Shown: positions 31,516 to 62,898, counted from the stretch's first letter. The stretch is 64,000 nucleotides of DNA from the human T2T-CHM13v2.0 reference genome, Homo sapiens (GCF_009914755.1 NC_060945.1), one strand, 5' to 3'. Numbers and translations: made by a program. Notes: generated by a model not told the origin, from the sequence alone.

Positions 31516-33856
31516 TAGTTCCTATTTTAACATCAGAATGAATCTATGCATGTGTCTACAACTGAAGCCACGCTTATGCTTACAGATTAAACAGTGGCAC
31601 GCTGGACCCCACGCAGTCTGAGCCCTCGGTCCCGGCTTCCCGTTACTGGCTGGCCCATTATCTGCGGAGAGGGACGCCCGGTCTCTCACCTGCCCCCACT
31701 GAGGGACATTTGGGTAGTTTCCGTTCTTTTGTCCTCCCTCTTAATCTCAGGGGACTCCCTTCCAGCCCCGAACCAGGCCACATTCTCCTCTATTCTCTGT
31801 GCCTCAGCAGGCCAGGAACAGGTGGGGACATGGGTGTGGAAGGGACGTCCCCAGAGCACCCTGGCCTCAGTGCCCGCTTCCATGGCCTGCAGTGGCTCAG
31901 AAACAGCACACCAGAGACCCGGAAGGGCTGAGGAATGGCTGGAGTCTGCCTGGGGGCTCAGGGCCAGGGCTGAGGATGCCGGAATGGGGGTGCCTGCAGA
32001 GGCCCTCTGACCTGGAGACTCCCTGTGTGTTTTCTGCACACGTTACTATCACTCAAGGGTTGGCACCTTTCCCCAGCACTAACCCATCAGCACATCTGGG
32101 GCCTGCTCCCCTTGTCTCTGGCCGGGTGGAGAGGCTGAGGGAGCCATGTTGTTTCTCTTGTCCATGCAGTGGGTGTGTCCAGACCTGCTCCAGGGCAGGC
32201 CCTGGGCAGACGCTGGGAGAAAGCCAGCCAAGTCTCTGGGAAAAGTGGACCCACCAGGCAGGGCTGCGGCCCCGAGGCCAAGTGGGCTAGGGCGGGTTCT
32301 TTGGGAACCTGGGATAGCCAGGGGACCCTGCAGAGATACAGGGGTGAGGCCAGAAGGCAGGCCTGCTGGGCAGAGGGAGGGTTCCTCCATGGCAGGGAAC
32401 AGGGACTGGCTGCCCGGCAAAAGGCCAGCAATGAGGGGCTGGGAAGTCAAGCTGCGCTGGGGTCTGGAGGAAGAGCAGGTGCTGGGCTGGGCCAGGAGGG
32501 GACCAAGGGTGCGGTGCCTTCCTTTCTGGTGCCAAGGGCCATGGGCGGCTGCCAGCGTAGAAGGCTCCTGGGGCCCCTCTGAGCACAGGCTTCTCCTCGG
32601 TGTGGGGGGCTCTTCCTGCCCAGGGTCGGGGGCTCTTCCTGCCCAGGGTGAGCCTGTAAGCCAGCACAGCCGTGAGCACCTGAGTCGACAGCAGAGGGGC
32701 AGGGCCCCAGGTGAGGACTGTCACAATGGGGCCAGGGTGAGGATGCGCCTCGGCACAGGTGGCCGTGTGCGGGTCCAGACGACAGGCTCCCCCGGGCCTC
32801 CAGCTGAGGACACCCCACTTACCCACCTCCCTCTGTCAGGGCCACCGTCTGACTCTGGATTCAGGGTTGGCCGATGCGTTCTGGATCCTTTCCTTGTCCT
32901 TCACCTCTGCACTGCCTCATGGGGACAGACCCTGTGGGAAGCTCCCATCAGCACGCAACGCCCTGTGGTGGTTTCTTCCATTCCTTTCGTTCTGGGCTTT
33001 CTGACTATGGTGGAGCCGGCTGTGTTTGCTGCTTGTTTTTAACCCCTTCGGTAACAAGAGCTCCGACTACAAACCCCAGTGCTGATGGGGCCCATGCCAG
33101 GGGTGGGGGTGCCAGAGGGCTGTTCCCTGGTGCCACGCTGCCAACCCCTTGGTGCTGATGGAAGGCCCAGCAGGGGAGAGCCACCTACCCTGGCAGGGAG
33201 CAGGTGGGCAGAGGGAAGATGTGGAGGGTGGAAGGGAGGGGGCTCTGTTCTAGGAAGTCCTTGGAGACCCCTGTGGGGCACCTTGGGCTCCCTCCGAGTG
33301 GTGCAATGTGAGCAGTACCTGGAGCCCATCCAAAGGTGGTGTCCACACCCACCAGCACCTCCGCCGGGCAGGCTGGCAGACGCCTGAGCTCAACCTCGGT
33401 CCTGGGTGTGGGCGAGTTTCTGCAGGTTATGGGGGGCCTCTGAGGGGAGCCAAGAAGGGGTTCCCCCCACCAAAAGCCTTGAGGGGTTCAAGTGGCCCCA
33501 AGGACACAGCTCTAGAAATCAACAGGGTGACCCCAAGTTTCCTATAGAAATGCCAAGGACTTCTAAGAGCAGAAGCAAGGGGATCGCTGTGTGGCCAGAC
33601 TCCAAAGACGTGGTTGTGTAGAGCCACGGTCACTAAGACCACAGGGCCCAGGTGAACCAATGGACACACGGACCGTGGAAGGGGGAAGATGCAGAAACAG
33701 ACCTCATGCCTATGGACAGCTGGCCTTCGACCAAGGAGCAGAGACCATTCAATGGAGAAAGGGGTATTTCCAGTGCCAGGGCAACTGGACACGCACCTGC
33801 AAAAGGATAAACCTCAGCTCCTGCCTACTTCACACCATACACAGAAGTCAATTTGA

Positions 33857-34150
<294 letters not shown>

Positions 34151-34319
34151 AGTAAATGATGAAGTTTCCAGAACTTTTAGAATATAAGAGAATATCTGTG
34201 TGAACTGGGGTAGCCCAGTTCACTAGCCATGAAAGAGAAATTGATGCACTGTGCTTTCTCGGAATGAAAAGCTTCTGCTCATTGTAGCAGAGGCAAAACA
34301 TTTTTCTTGAGCCTCATAA

Positions 34320-34629
<310 letters not shown>

Positions 34630-34914
34630 CTAAATTCTTAGTTGGAATAGACCCTGTGACAAAAACCAGATTTTAACAAGAGAAACAAACAGAAGTTTAT
34701 GAACGTGCATATTTCACGGAAGAACCTACAGAATGAGTCGTTCTCCAAGAGGTGACTTTGAATTCCAGCTTATGTAGCATCTTCAACCAAGGACAGTACA
34801 TTTTTGGAGAAGTGACAAGGCAGAGGAGGACTTTGAGTCCCCAGGGCTGGCAGCTTGTGGGAAGGCAGAGAAGGGCAGATGGAGGTGAGTTGGGGAAGCT
34901 TGCTTGTGTAGATG

Positions 34915-35493
34915 GTGTTAGGCCGTTCTTGCTTCCCTCTAGAGAGATACCTGAGGCTGGGTAATTTATAAAGAAGAGAGATTTCATTGGCTCCCAGTTC
35001 TGCAGGCTGTACAAGCATGGCGCCAGCATCTGCTCAGCTTTTGGGGAGGCCTTGGGAAACTTACGATCACGGTGGATGGCAAAGTGGGAACAGGCACTTC
35101 CCATGGTGACAGTGGGAGCAAGAGAGAGGGGGAGGTGTCACATGCTTTACACAAGCAGATAGCACGAGACCTCACTTATCACCAAAGCAATGGTGCCAAG
35201 CCATTCATGAGGGATCAGGCCCCATGATCCGATCACCTGCTACCCTGCCCCACCTGCCCCACCTGCCCCACCTCCAATGCTGGGAATCACATAACCACCT
35301 GCTACCCTGCCCCATCTGCCCCACCTCCAACGCCAGGAATCATATAATCCCTGCTACCCTGCCCCACCTGCCCCACCTGCCCCACCTCCAACGCTGGAAA
35401 TCACAGAATCACCTGCTATCCTGCCCCACCTCCAACGCTGGGAATCACATTTCAGTGTGAGATTTGGAGAGGACAAACATCCAAACCATATCA
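34915..35493. mobile_element. MST-type MaLR LTR with an internal tandem expansion, nested in an older ERV1 LTR fragment (~34635-34914)
   Basis: atacctgaggctgggtaatttataaagaa...ttctgcaggctgtacaagcatggcgccagcatctgct...acaaacatccaaaccatatca. Confidence 0.7.
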
Positions 35494-35594
35494 TAGATTC
35501 TTCTAGTATCATCTTTAGGCCAATAAGAATCCAGTTGTTGTCAGTGATTAACCTTTGTTCCTGGCAGAGAGGGGAGGTGGGATATATTTTGTCA

Positions 35595-39595
<4,001 letters not shown>

Positions 39596-40096
39596 AGGCC
39601 GGCCTTGTAACTGAAGCATATGGTCCTGCTACACCCAACACTGGGCTGGTGGGTTAACTGGATGGAAAAATATGTTTATCCAAGTATGGCCTGAGGTCTC
39701 CAAGGGCCATTCTGTGCCCTGCTGCAGTCAGCACCTGCTGTCATCCCCTCCTCCTAATTTTAGGCTTCCTGCTATTTGCAGTCCCTGGAGGATGGGCTGT
39801 TGACTCTGGGATCAAAACAGAAAAGCAGGTGAGCCCCATGGCGGGCTGTGCAGCTCCGGATGGGTGTCCTGCCCAACGCCAGAGCACTGCATTCTCCAGG
39901 GCATTTGACTTAGTGTCCCGGTGAGTTCATGGCCTGCTGCTGACCGCGCACCGACCCCCAAAGTCACTCTTTGCACCTGTAGGAGCTTTGGTCCGTTCAG
40001 CATGACCAGACTGGAGAGGGAGGAGACAGGCAGGGTGGGCAGAGAAACCGGAGTGACTCAGTGACTCAGAAAGTGGGACGCTCAGCGTGAGAGGTG

Positions 40097-40938
<842 letters not shown>

Positions 40939-41075
40939 AATAGCTGGTGGGCTGCGGAGGGGGCAGAGGGCAGAGCTCTGTTCTCCCAGGGCCTGTCCAC
41001 CGAGAGGGCCCCGGCCCACCAGCTGGGCCTTTTGGTAAGATCGCAAGGCAGATGGTCAATTCTGCAAAAAAGAAG

Positions 41076-41389
<314 letters not shown>

Positions 41390-42599
41390 CTAGTTCACTG
41401 AGAAAAGTGACGCCGTCTGGACACATACCCACAGTGGGACGCAGTGGAGAGGCCAGACCAGGGAAACTGAGGCCCAACCAGTGGGGCAGGTTTGAGGCAA
41501 GAGTAGTAGGAGGGGAGGGGGCAGGGGGTCCCCCCTCCAATGCCCTTGGCTGAGCACGGGTTCTTCTGAGCTCACCGGTGCTCGGAGCTGCCTCCCTGAC
41601 TTGGACAACCATGTGGAATGGCCATCCCGCCCTCAACAAGTAGAGGCAACTTCCTCTCTACAGTGAGGAAATTGAGGCCCAGTGAGGAAGCCTGTGGCCA
41701 GGAGGGTGCTAGGGGTCCTCACAAAGTGTCCTGAGGGGACCCACCCCTCCCTTGATGCCAGACCACCTGGCCAGGCTGCAGGAGCAGGGCCCAGGGCCTC
41801 CAGGAGCCAAGGCCTGGCCAGGGCTCCATGTTCCCCGAGGCCTTTCTGACTCAGGCTCCTGGCCTCTGGGAGCCTGGCCCTTCCAGGGAGCCACAGGGGA
41901 TGGAACCTCCATCTGGAGCAGGGGAGAAGGCACGGAGTCCAGGCTTGTTTGAGGGGCCAAGGCTGAGCCCCCTCCAGCCCCTTCCCTGCTCTGCCATTAG
42001 GACCTGGCTCCTCCCAACTTCTATACACATCACATGGGCCGCGTCCCCCCACTTTGCAGGCTGAGAACATCTGACGTGACCTGGGCACCTGAGGGGCACC
42101 AGGCACAGCAGGAGCATGGACCTGGAGAACCTCTGTTCTTCCGTGCATCAAGGTCCGAGTCGTGGTTCTGCCCCTTAGCAGCTGCGTGACTCTGGCCAAG
42201 CTCCTCCCGGCAACAGGCCTCAGTTTCCATATCTGTGGATGGCACTAATCACGATGATGACCTGAGGAGACCGTTCTGCTGATGGAGTGAGCAGAATCAC
42301 AAAGCTCTCAGGGCCTAGCCCGGGGCATGGCAGGTCCGCAGGCGTCCAAGGGCACAGCACAGATGTGGGAGAAAGGGCTGCGGGGCCCTCCCGCTCCAGC
42401 CGAGGACACGGGGCTCAGGGATGGAGCCCAATACTGTCCCAGAGCTCTGCTGCCCAGGTGCCTCTTGGGGAAACTGAGGCTCAGTCCCACAAAGGCATCA
42501 GTCCCACTGAAGACAGGGCCGAATCCCCAGCCCCTCACCCCCCTCCAGGGGTCTGTGCCACCTCCAGGGAGCCGTGGCGGCTCCATGTCACCTGCGGGC

Positions 42600-42700
42600 A
42601 AGGGGCTGGTGTGGAAAGCCCCACGGCATGGTGGAAAGTCCGAAATTCTACAGGGGCCTCTTTGTTAAACCTCCATGCAAGAGGCTGGGTGACGCCTGCC
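42600..42700. promoter_or_regulatory. Tandem NF-kB element ~3.4 kb upstream of the AIRE ATG; probable human AIRE CNS1/ACNS1 enhancer
   Basis: On the minus strand, GGGGCTTTCC (42613-42622) and CGGACTTTCC (42633-42642), 20 bp apart. The position fits the described conserved two-kB-site Aire enhancer. Confidence 0.7.
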
Positions 42701-42911
42701 CACAGGGGTCAGGCCCCAGCCCAATGACACAGGTGACCCGCAAAGACTGCAGGTCTTTTTTAAAAAGTGAAGTGCAGACTTGGATCTCGCTTTGCAGTTT
42801 TTAATTCCCCTTTAACCATCTCTGGGCTAAGGCATCCATTGACTCACTTAACCATCTGGGGAGGGAAAAGCCACCGGGTTGCAGGGGGTGACTTTGGGGC
42901 AGGATGGCCTC

Positions 42912-43833
42912 TGAAGGGGTGGGTTGCCCCTCCACACCTGTGGGTGTTTCTCGTTAGGTAGAACGAGAGACTTGGAAAAGAAAGAGACACAGACAAAGTA
43001 TAGAGAAAGAAATTGGGGGACCAGGGGACCGGCGCTCAGCATACGGAGGACCCCCGCTGGCCTCTGAGTTCCCTTAGTATTTATTGATCATTTTTGGGTG
43101 TTTCTCGGAGAGGGGGATGTGGCAGGATCATAGGATAATAGTGGAGAGAAGGTCAGCAGGTAAGCACGTGAACAAAGGTCTCTGCATCATAAACAAGGTA
43201 AAGAATTAAGTGCTGTGCTTTAGATATGTATACACATAAACATCTCAATGCCTTAAGGAGCAGTATTGCTGCCTGCTTGTCCCACCTCCAGCCCTAAGGC
43301 AGTTTCCCCCTATCTCAGTAGATGGAATATACAATCGGGTTTTATACCGAGACATTCCATTGCCCAGGGACGAGCAGGAGACAGATGCCTTCCTCTTGTC
43401 TCAACTGCAACGAGGCGTTCCTTCCACTTTTACTAATCCTCCTCAGCACAGACCCTTTACGGTGTCGGGCTGGGGGACGGTCAGGTCTTTCCCTTCCCAG
43501 GAGGCCATATCTCAGACTATCACATGGGGAGAAACCTTGGACAATACCTGGCTTTCCTAGGCAGGGGTCCCTGCGGCCTTCCGCAGTGTTTTGTGTCCCT
43601 GGGTACTTAAGATTAGGGAGTGGTGATGACTCTTAACGAGCATGCTGCCTTCAAGCATTTGTTTAATAAAGCACACCCTGCACAGCCCTTAATCCATTTA
43701 ACCCTGAGTTGACACAGCACATGTCTCAGGGAGCACAGGGTTGGGGGTAGGGTTACAGATTAAAATGGAGTCTCTTATGTCTACTTTCTATGCAGACACA
43801 TTAACAATCTGATCTCTCTTTCTTTTCCCCACC
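42912..43833 (-). mobile_element. HERV-K(HML-2) solo LTR (LTR5A/B-like), 922 bp
   Basis: Minus strand reads (G)GTGGGGAAAAGAAAGAGAGATCAGATTGTT...GGGGCAACCCACCCCTTCA; TATAAAA at 43340-43346; AATAAA at 43080-43085; GCCTC TSD at 42907-42911 and 43834-43838. Confidence 0.92.
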
Positions 43834-45679
43834 GCCTCAAAGGAGAGGAAAGCCAAGTTGCTGGGAGCAACGGTTACTGGTCATCCCAAAGCTGTGTGCG
43901 CTGGTTCCCTGGCACCCCAGGGGCTTTTATGCATGAACTGTGCAGCCAGTGGGCCCAAGGGTTGCCATTGAACTTGATGTTAGTGAGCTCTCCCTTCGTG
44001 AGACCCCTGCCCATGGATGAGCAAGGAGAATGGGGGTGTTTCAGGAGCAGACAGGGATCCTGTGCAAAGCTGGGCTTCTGTGCAACTTTCGCTTGCAGTT
44101 ATTTAAATATTTTTGCTGTAAATACAGAACTGCAGGGGAGAGGGCAGGAAACCCAGCGAGCAGCAGCCCGGCCTGGCTGGGGACAGGATGTGTCTGTTGG
44201 AGCGGGGACCGGCAAGGCAGGCATGCAGGCAGGGGGCTTCCCTCTCGGGGTCTTCGGAAGGCGCAGTGCAGGGAGTGAGAGACGCCCAGGCCTGGGCAGC
44301 GAGAGGGCCCTGCTCCCCGCTCAAGGCTCCCAGGACATTCCACACAGGAGCCAGCCTGTTCCAACCCTGCACTGCCTGATACTCCACAGCCACCACTGAG
44401 ATGGACCCCCTCCCCCTCAGCTCCCCATGACGTCCCCAGCACCTGACCCCAGGCTGACCACCTCGGCCACCACCTCTGGCCCCACCTTCCTCCCCAGGTT
44501 TGTTCCCAAACACCCCTAGAGTCTTTTCCGGAGCAATCTCAGACGTGCAGAACGCTCAGGGGGACCCTGGGCCTGAAGGCGGTAGGAGAAACCGAGACCG
44601 ACCCCTGGTCTAGAGGAGAGGTGTCTGCCGCTCTCCATCCTGGACTCTGGCTGCCCAAAAGCAAACGGCACGCCTGCCCACGTGGGAATCTTGGTGGCGT
44701 CTCTCACTGCATCAGTTAGCCCCCAGCCCAGTGCTGCCTGGATTCAGGCTTCCTGGTACCTTCGTCCACCCTTCAGCCCTAATCCATGCTGGCCAGGTCA
44801 TCTCGTTCTCTGGCTCGGTGGGAACACTCGTGCCCAGAGACCTCTCGTGGTTCTCTGCAGCCTGCACACAGGGCCTGCTTCCCTGGCTTGACCGCACAGA
44901 CAAGGGGACTGTTACCAAGGCCTCCCACTGAGGCCACCCCCCCTCCAGGCCATGCCTGCGGGGCCACCACAGCCTCAGCATCATTGCAGGCCCCAGGCCT
45001 CTGCACCTGGTCTTGTTTTACTGGGGGCACTGTCCCCACTCACGTCCACCTGGGACCCTCGGCTCCTGTCCACTGCAGCTCCCCTCCCGGACACCTTCCC
45101 AGATGCCCCCGGAAGCTCCTGTCCAGGCCACAGCATCCCTCAGCCTCTGTCACTGGTCCTAGGAAGACCCTTTGGGAGCTCTCACTCAGGGCCACACTCA
45201 GGACCCCCGTTGTGGGGCTGGCCGCCTTCCTTCTAAAGCACCTGGAGGAAGGAAGGAGGGGGTCAATGCGAGCCTCAATCCCCAGGCGAGTGTGCCCCTT
45301 TTAAAGATGAGGGAACCGAGGCTCAGAGAAGGAAAGGACTTGCCTGGCGTCACACAGCTAGCCTAAGATGGTGAGGTCAGGAGCTCCCTGGCAACACCCA
45401 GGCTGCCGTACCGTCTCCTGCATCAGACTGAGCCTCCATCGGGCTCCTCCCACAGCCCCAGGCGGGCCCCTGAGTAGGGGCTCTCAGCTTGTGTGGAGGT
45501 CCCCCAGGAACACCACCCCGATCCAGCCTCCATGGAGGCTCTTGCCGGCCACTGGGAGGGGCCGGTGCACCCTGGGCAGCCCCTGCCAGGGCCCTGAGAC
45601 CCGAGCCTCCCCGCCGAGGGCACCTGTCTCGGCTTTGCCCCATTCGAGCAGGGCCCTCGCCGAGGCAGGACAGGGCCAC

Positions 45680-45910
45680 ATTCGGAAGTGAGAGTTCTCT
45701 GAGTCCCGCACAGAGCGAGTCTCTGTCCCCAGCCCCCAAGGCAGCTGCCCTGGTGGGTGAGTCAGGCCAGGCCCGGAGACTTCCCGAGAGCGAGGGAGGG
45801 ACAGCAGCGCCTCCATCACAGGGAAGTGTCCCTGCGGGAGGCCCTGGCCCTGATTGGGCGCCGGGGCGGAGCGGCCTTTGCTCTTTGCGTGGTCGCGGGG
45901 GTATAACAGC
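45680..45910 (+). promoter_or_regulatory. AIRE: AIRE proximal promoter
   Basis: Ets CGGAAGT 45683-45689, AP-1 TGAGTCA 45758-45764, inverted CCAAT 45853-45857, GC box 45863-45871, TATAA 45902-45906, followed by a CpG island. Confidence 0.85.
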
Positions 45911-46062
45911 GGCGCGCGTGGCTCGCAGACCGGGGAGACGGGCGGGCGCACAGCCGGCGCGGAGGCCCCACAGCCCCGCCGGGACCCGAGGCCAAGCGAG
46001 GGGCTGCCAGTGTCCCGGGACCCACCGCGTCCGCCCCAGCCCCGGGTCCCCGCGCCCACCCC

Positions 46063-57783
<11,721 letters not shown>

Positions 57784-57958
57784 CCCCAGATGGCCGGGAC
57801 ATGCAGCTCTGATGAGAGAGTGCTGAGAAGGACACCTCCTTCCTCAGTCCTGGAAGCCGGCCGGCTGGGATCAAGAAGGGGACAGCGCCACCTCTTGTCA
57901 GTGCTCGGCTGTAAACAGCTCTGTGTTTCTGGGGACACCAGCCATCATGTGCCTGGAA

Positions 57959-57964
57959 ATTAAA
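57959..57964 (+). terminator. Candidate proximal AIRE polyadenylation signal ATTAAA
   Basis: ATTAAA about 175 nt after the stop codon. Confidence 0.6.
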
Positions 57965-57982
57965 CCCTGCCCCACTTCTCTA

Positions 57983-59230
<1,248 letters not shown>

Positions 59231-59247
59231 AACCATGTACGTTTAAG

Positions 59248-59252
<5 letters not shown>

Positions 59253-59286
<34 letters not shown>
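59253..59286. repeat. (AC)17 microsatellite upstream of PFKL
   Basis: Perfect dinucleotide run. Confidence 0.97.
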
Positions 59287-59289
<3 letters not shown>

Positions 59290-59519
59290 ATGAAGCTGTA
59301 AGAAAAGGGAGAGAATAATGACCCAAAATGTCAGCACAAGGATGCCTCAGGGGTAGACACAGGTGTCTTCTTAGCGCCTTTTAGCCCACGCATATGTGCT
59401 TGCGCAGTCTCTCGGTGTGTTTTCTAACATTTCACAATTAAATAAGGAGTAGTTGATATTCACAGCCACCATTTCCACCGTATATGTAGAGAAAAATGCT
59501 CAAATCCTAGCGATCAGCC

Positions 59520-60760
59520 CGCTGAGCTTTCACAAACCGAACACACCGTGCGGTCACGAGGCGGCTCTCCCGAACACCGGCTCTGCACCCCCAGGGCCCG
59601 GGGAACCAAGACTTCCCCAAGGGCCCAGCAAAAGTGAGGGAGGAGGGGAGGAAAGGAGGGAGAGGGAGGGAGGAGTGCTGGCTGCTTTCCGCCAGCGCCT
59701 CGTTTGGGTTTCGCTCTGCTGAGGCCTGAAGGCGCCCTGAGGGCCCCTGGGGGGCAGGGAGGGGCGGTGGCTGCGGCCGACAGCAAGGAACCTCCGGAGA
59801 AGCGAAGCCGGGCCAGACGTGCCACCGGGGCCTCGGCGCTGGCGAAGGGGCGCGTGCGGCCGCACTGGGGCCAGCCCCGCCCTGGTCCCCGGCCACATCC
59901 TCGAGACCACCGGGGTGGAGGGGGGGGTCTCACTGCTCAGGGCCCGCGTGACATTGCACAGGTTTAGAAACGCACAGCGGGAAGGTGGCCCCGGCGGGCC
60001 GAGGGCGCAGGATCCCTGCTCCGTCCAGGGTCCGTCCTGCGAGGAGGCGCCGGGGGCGGGCCCGGGGCGGGGCGGGCGGAAGGCGCGCGCGGGGCGGGGC
60101 GGGGACGGCGACGCGGCGCAGGCGGCGGGAGTGCGAGCTGGGCCCGTGTTTCGGCCGCCGCCATGGCCGCGGTGGACCTGGAGAAGCTGCGGGCGTCGGG
60201 CGCGGGCAAGGCCATCGGCGTCCTGACCAGCGGCGGCGACGCGCAAGGTGGGCGGGGGTCCCGGCCGCGTCGCGGCGCAGGGGGTGGAGGGCGCCTCCGC
60301 CCTGGCCTCTCCGGAGCGCCCGCCGAGCCCCGGGACCCGGGTCTCGGGCCGGCCCGGCCTCCCGCCCCGGCCTCCCGCCCCGGCCTCCTGCCCCGGGTCT
60401 GTCCCCCGCTCTTCCCCGGCGCGGTCTCCGGCCTACGTGCGGCCGGCCACGTTCTCGGCCTCCGCCTGGGTCTTGGCGCCGCCCGCGCCCTGCCCCGGGG
60501 GTGTGTCCGACTCTGGGCCGCGGGGCAGGACCTCCCGAGGAGTCCCCGAGGCCACGCGAGCGGAGGGCGCCGGTCCCGCCACCCCCAGAGCCTGGCCCTT
60601 CCTGGTTCTGAAGCGACCCGGGGACCCGGTGCCTCCCGAGGGCCGGCGCCAGGCTGCGGGCTTCCGGGACCTCCTCCCGGCTGGGCGGGGGCGGACTCAC
60701 TCCCGGACCGCGCCTCCTCCTCGGGGCCCTCGCGGCCGCCTTCCTTGTGGGTCTAGCTGG
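59520..60760 (+). promoter_or_regulatory. PFKL: PFKL CpG-island, TATA-less promoter
   Basis: Clustered GGGGCGGGG boxes at 60053-60104 with dense CpG. Confidence 0.88.
60163..60247 (+). CDS. PFKL: 6-phosphofructokinase, liver type, exon 1 (gene continues beyond the window)
   Basis: gccgccATGG perfect Kozak; MAAVDLEKLRASGAGKAIGVLTSGGDAQ|gtggg; TSGGD is the PFK signature. Confidence 0.96.
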
Positions 60761-62898
60761 GGAAGAGGGCGGTGGGGAGATGGGCTGCCCGGGGCATTGA
60801 GCAAAGCCCAGTTGTCACCCTTTTCGCAGGGGTACTGGGGAGGCCTCAGGTGGTGGGGACTGGGACTTGGCAGAGCTGGGTGGGGGTCCGGCCTGAGGGC
60901 GTGGTGTCCTCGCACGCTCCCTCCCGGAGGCCTGGTCCTGCCCACTGCCGGCCTCCAGTGTCTCTGGCCTGACATGTCCAGTGTGGCACCTGTGGCACAG
61001 GACGCCACCTACCCTACCCCTCAGGAGGAGAGAGGAGAGGATTTAGGAGACCAGAAGTGAGGTGCTGGGTTGGGAAGGGGCCCAGCCAGCACCCCAAGGC
61101 TGTGCAGCGGGGTCTGGTCTGTCTTTTAGAGTTCAGAAAATGGTTGAGAAAATGCGGACACACACCCCCACCCAGCTTCAGGCACCTGACCCTCCTTTTC
61201 CCTATCTGGAAGCCAGGAAGAGGCGAGAAGGAAGCCGGCCTTGAGTGGGACCAAGCCAGGGAGGCAGGAGTGGCTCGTGGGTGTCACTGTCTGAACCCCG
61301 GCCTGCAGAGGGGGCTCCTTCAGACCTGGCTGAGCCAGGCCTGTGGTGGCTGCCCACCCGCCCTTTTCACAGCTGTGGCAAGAGCGGGAGCTGCTGCTTG
61401 TTGCCGGCTACTGGCAGTGTCCTGGAGCCAGTGTGGCTCCACAAGTCCTGTCCTGTGTGGCTCTGGGTCACGCCTTTCCTGTGGGCCAGGGGTCCGTGTT
61501 GTCGAGAGGGGAGGGCGTTGTTCAAGGATGTCTTTTTGCACAATAACCTGTGCAAAGGTAGCTAGAAGACTTGAAGCAGGCCGGGTGCGGTGGCTCACAC
61601 CTGTAATTCCAGCACTTTGGGTGGCCTGGTGGGTTGTGGGCCCAGGTGGGAGAGGAGGCCCGTGGCCTTGGAGGGTGAACTCGGGAAGCTCCATCCCATG
61701 AGATTAGACAAGAAAGGCCCCGAGTCTGGAGGGCAGACAGGTTGCTGTGGGGCCAGCCCGCCTGCCCACCAGGGAGGCGCTTTCTTGGTGAGGCTGGTGA
61801 AGCCCCAAAGCCCACCTGTGGTTCCCTGAAACACAGAGGGTCCCCAACCAGCTTCCTTGTTTGCAAAGTGGGAGCATCAGCAGTGGAGGGTTGGGAAAGT
61901 TGAGAGCCTGGGGTGGCACGTGCCCCCCCCACCCCCTGCCACCCCATGCACAGACTAAACAGAGAAGGGGGGCTCGCTGGAGGTTGCTGAAGGGCCAGCC
62001 TGGCAGGTGGTTCTTGGGCCAGCGGGGAGGGGCACCCAGGGTGACAGGCGGTTCTGGATGCTGGTGGAGGATCTGGAGATGGGATGCCCCTCCTGGCCCT
62101 GTGGACAGGCCGGCTGGGTGGGCCTCCCATCTCTGTCTGAGCTGGGGGTTCCAACTGCTCAGCCTGGCCCCAGTGCCTGATATGGAGTGGGCAGCGCTTC
62201 CTGGCTGCAGCTGGGAGGGTGCCCACAGTGCACCTGCTGGCCGATCATGGCATCCCAGTTGGGCCTGTGCCTTCCTCTGCAAATGTCCTCCCTTCCCAAG
62301 CCCCGTGCAGCTGCAGCGTCTCTGTATGTGAGCTCCCATGCGTGGACAGGGAACAGGTGGTTTTCTGCAAGGGAGGAGGACTCCACACACTTCCCCAGTT
62401 CAGGGCTGGGGCTGATTCATGGAGGATGATCTGGGGCGAGTAGGATGGGAGGAACTGACATTCTGGGCAGAACCAGAGTCCTGTTTCATGAGTTCGGAAA
62501 AGCAGTCTGCAGGGCTCTCCCAGGCCACCACTGCTGCTGCCGTGTGGCTCCCCATGGTGGGTGCTCTGTTTTCCTTCTCGGGGCCCCACTGCCTTCCTAG
62601 AAAGGCTGACCCTGGCCGAGGGGAAGCCTGTGGCATAGTGTGCCCTTCTCTTTGCCCTCTATGTCAGCCGGGCAGCAGGAGAGTGGGGACTGGGAGGCAC
62701 TTTCTGCCCCAATGCTGAAGTCTGCGTTTGTTGGATGTATGGAACAGCCAGCCTCACCATCCTGCCAGTGTTGCCCAGTCCTGGGACTTCTCGGGCCTTG
62801 ATTTCCCCTTCTGTGAAAGGGGGTTGGGGACAAGACAGGCCACCTTGCAAGTTCCTTCCAGCCAGCCCACAAGTCCTGTCCTGTGTGGCTCTGGGTCA

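Noticed and set aside
42912-43833. Full HERV-K provirus or SVA
   Set aside because: A TSD directly flanks a single LTR, with no primer-binding site or gag. The U5 is complete, and there is no VNTR or poly(A) tail as in SVA.
60248-60756. Extension of the PFKL ORF to 197 aa
   Set aside because: Read-through into intron 1; PFK homology ends at the donor at 60247.
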